A DNA stretch of 64,000 bases from Candidatus Marinacidobacterium sp. (lineage in GTDB: Bacteria; Acidobacteriota; Vicinamibacteria; Marinacidobacterales; Marinacidobacteraceae), in assembly GCA_965220965.1 (NCBI GenBank), contig OZ244852.1, forward strand, positions 824,621 to 888,620, written 5' to 3'. The translations under genes were made by a program, and so were the position numbers. Of the stretch, positions 62,788 to 64,000 are shown piece by piece (the first letter of the stretch is position 1; every line of letters begins with the position of its first letter). Below the pieces are notes generated by a model. That model was not told where the DNA came from. It saw only the letters and a program-made list of their open reading frames with translations, and made no database searches.

Positions 62788-64000
62788 TCATCGGGACGTG
62801 AGGGCCCGAAGGGCCGCGACGGCGGCGTTGACGACGTGGGCGCGGGACCCGATGGAACGAACGCGAATGCTTCGGATGCCTGCGGTCTCCAAGAGCGCCC
62901 GTAGACGGCCACGGGCGTGAACGCCCGAGTCGGCGCTCGCGGGCCGCAGCAGAAGGCGCGAGGAGCCATAGGCGCCAACCGTGGCGCGCGGAATGGTGTT
63001 GTGGGAGATCGGGACGACGAACAGGGCGCGTCGAGCCCGATGCTCGGCCCGGGCACATGCTCTTCGAGGTGTGCTCTCGCATGCGCGTCCGACGCCGAGT
63101 CGGCCGTTGCGATCACCCACGGCTACGAGCGCCACGAATCGTCGGTGTCGAGGCGCTACGGCCCGCCGTGAGAGCGGTCGGAGCGTGAGAAGGCGAGGGG
63201 TCAGCGCCGGTGGAGATTGGGAGGGGGACGGGTGGGAAGGAAGTTCGAGGAGGAGTGCCGGCAGAGTGTGCGAGCCAGCCCGTAGCCTGAGTTCCCCGGA
63301 CGCTGGCTCGGATTGGACAGAGAGGAGGTCGGCGAAAGAGCCCAGCGGAATCGAGACGGCCGTCTTGTGCGGAAACTGGGCAGCAAGGCCACTGTCGGCC
63401 TCGTGGCGGTAGCGTCCGGGCTGACCGTCAGCGAAGGCCGCCTCGATCGTCCGCTCCGTGGGTGGCGCCAGAACCTCCAGTGCGGCGTGTCGCCGATAGG
63501 TTCGGCGAAGCGGTCGTCGCTCCCAGCAGGAGTCACCCGCCATCCGCCACCAGAGGCGCGGCAGATCCAGGACAATCGGGAGGCTGTCGTCGCCGTCGCG
63601 CAGTTCAAGGCGCACCCGATCGGTCTTGGGGGAGTACGGCACCCGCGCCTCTCGAGTGCGAACGGCCACATCGCGCGTGCCGGTGTTGAGCTGCAGCGAC
63701 CGACCATGGCTGTCTTCGATCGTGATGTAGTCCTCGTCGCGGTCGTCTGGCAAGAGGAGTCGGAGACCCTCGAATGGCAGTCCGTTCACCAGAATCCTCT
63801 TGAGGCCTGGCCAGTAGCGGAACGTGGTCGTGTCGGCGAGATGAGTGTGGCCGCTCTGATACGTGCGAAGAAAGAACTCGCCGCGCCTGTTCCCAATGCG
63901 CACGGGTGTTGGCTGCTCTGTGAGTTCGAAGTTCTTGCCCTTCCACGGTTCGTCGGCTGGCCCCGCGTGGCGCCCGGCGGCGCGGGGGTGCTCCTCTCCG
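62788..64000 (-). CDS. Unknown protein (5' end beyond window) with C-terminal ribosomal-protein-S5-homology domain
   Basis: The frame stays open to nt 64000 (no stop upstream of the GTG at 63903). The last ~135 aa (62791..63195) align end-to-end with bacterial S5: RRFVALVAVGDRNGRLGVGRA.., NTIPRATVGAYGSSRLLLRPASADSGVHARGRLRALLETAGIRSI, IGSRAHVVNAAVAALRAL. The N-terminal >=260 aa are unrecognised. Confidence 0.75.
   Translation of the reverse strand, partial: GEEHPRAAGRHAGPADEPWKGKNFELTEQPTPVRIGNRRGEFFLRTYQSGHTHLADTTTFRYWPGLKRILVNGLPFEGLRLLLPDDRDEDYITIEDSHGRSLQLNTGTRDVAVRTREARVPYSPKTDRVRLELRDGDDSLPIVLDLPRLWWRMAGDSCWERRPLRRTYRRHAALEVLAPPTERTIEAAFADGQPGRYRHEADSGLAAQFPHKTAVSIPLGSFADLLSVQSEPASGELRLRAGSHTLPALLLELPSHPSPSQSPPALTPRLLTLRPLSRRAVAPRHRRFVALVAVGDRNGRLGVGRACESTPRRACARAEHRARRALFVVPISHNTIPRATVGAYGSSRLLLRPASADSGVHARGRLRALLETAGIRSIRVRSIGSRAHVVNAAVAALRALTSR

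Noticed and set aside
62739-63116. N-terminal 126 codons of the 1544-aa helicase ORF-track entry
   Set aside because: This extension overlaps the 3' end of the upstream gene in another frame. The upstream frame there carries the S5 homology, whereas the extension is Pro/Ser/Ala-rich with no homology. ATG 62738 (MSVTQPH...) leaves a 49-nt spacer.
50162-64000. Search for integrase, transposase, IS ends or phage genes associated with the two low-GC patches
   Set aside because: None of the ORFs in or beside these patches shows recombinase or transposase motifs. Mobility can only be inferred from composition, so no mobile_element feature is reported.

Overview
This is a 64 kb, very GC-rich bacterial chromosome segment. 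Spot counts of single 60-nt lines give about 73% GC in core genes. The gene content (BshC, TIGR03436-type VWA protein, DUF4159/BatA_N/MoxR cluster) suggests a Gemmatimonadota-like or related lineage, but that is inference only. I call 43 protein-coding genes, tightly packed, many joined by 1- or 4-nt start/stop overlaps. I recognised no rRNA, tRNA, CRISPR array, transposase or integrase. Most of the window is housekeeping: a PilY1/minor-pilin fragment, ubiE, tatA/tatC, an S41 protease, a purine permease, msrA, metH, bshC-lepB-argS, a Hcy-methyltransferase/MTHFR fusion, hflKC, a PPTase and Zn-proteases. There is also one very large conserved-but-uncharacterised MoxR/DUF58/VWA/DUF4159/DUF4175 membrane cluster (34.5-50.2 kb). 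Two patches have visibly lower GC (spot counts about 55-58%) and look accessory. (1) 50.2-52.3 kb holds a lone Ser/Thr-kinase fusion protein. (2) 58.4 kb to the window edge holds a 1418-aa SF2 helicase with a C-terminal DUF1998 zinc module. Directly upstream of that helicase is a gene, truncated by the window edge, whose C-terminal ~135 aa are a clear full-length homologue of ribosomal protein S5 fused to non-ribosomal sequence. This S5-fusion plus helicase pair is the best candidate for an undescribed system, probably defence or nucleic-acid surveillance. It continues beyond coordinate 64000. Many very long ORFs in the track (up to 1742 aa) are antisense or out-of-frame artefacts of high GC and were rejected.
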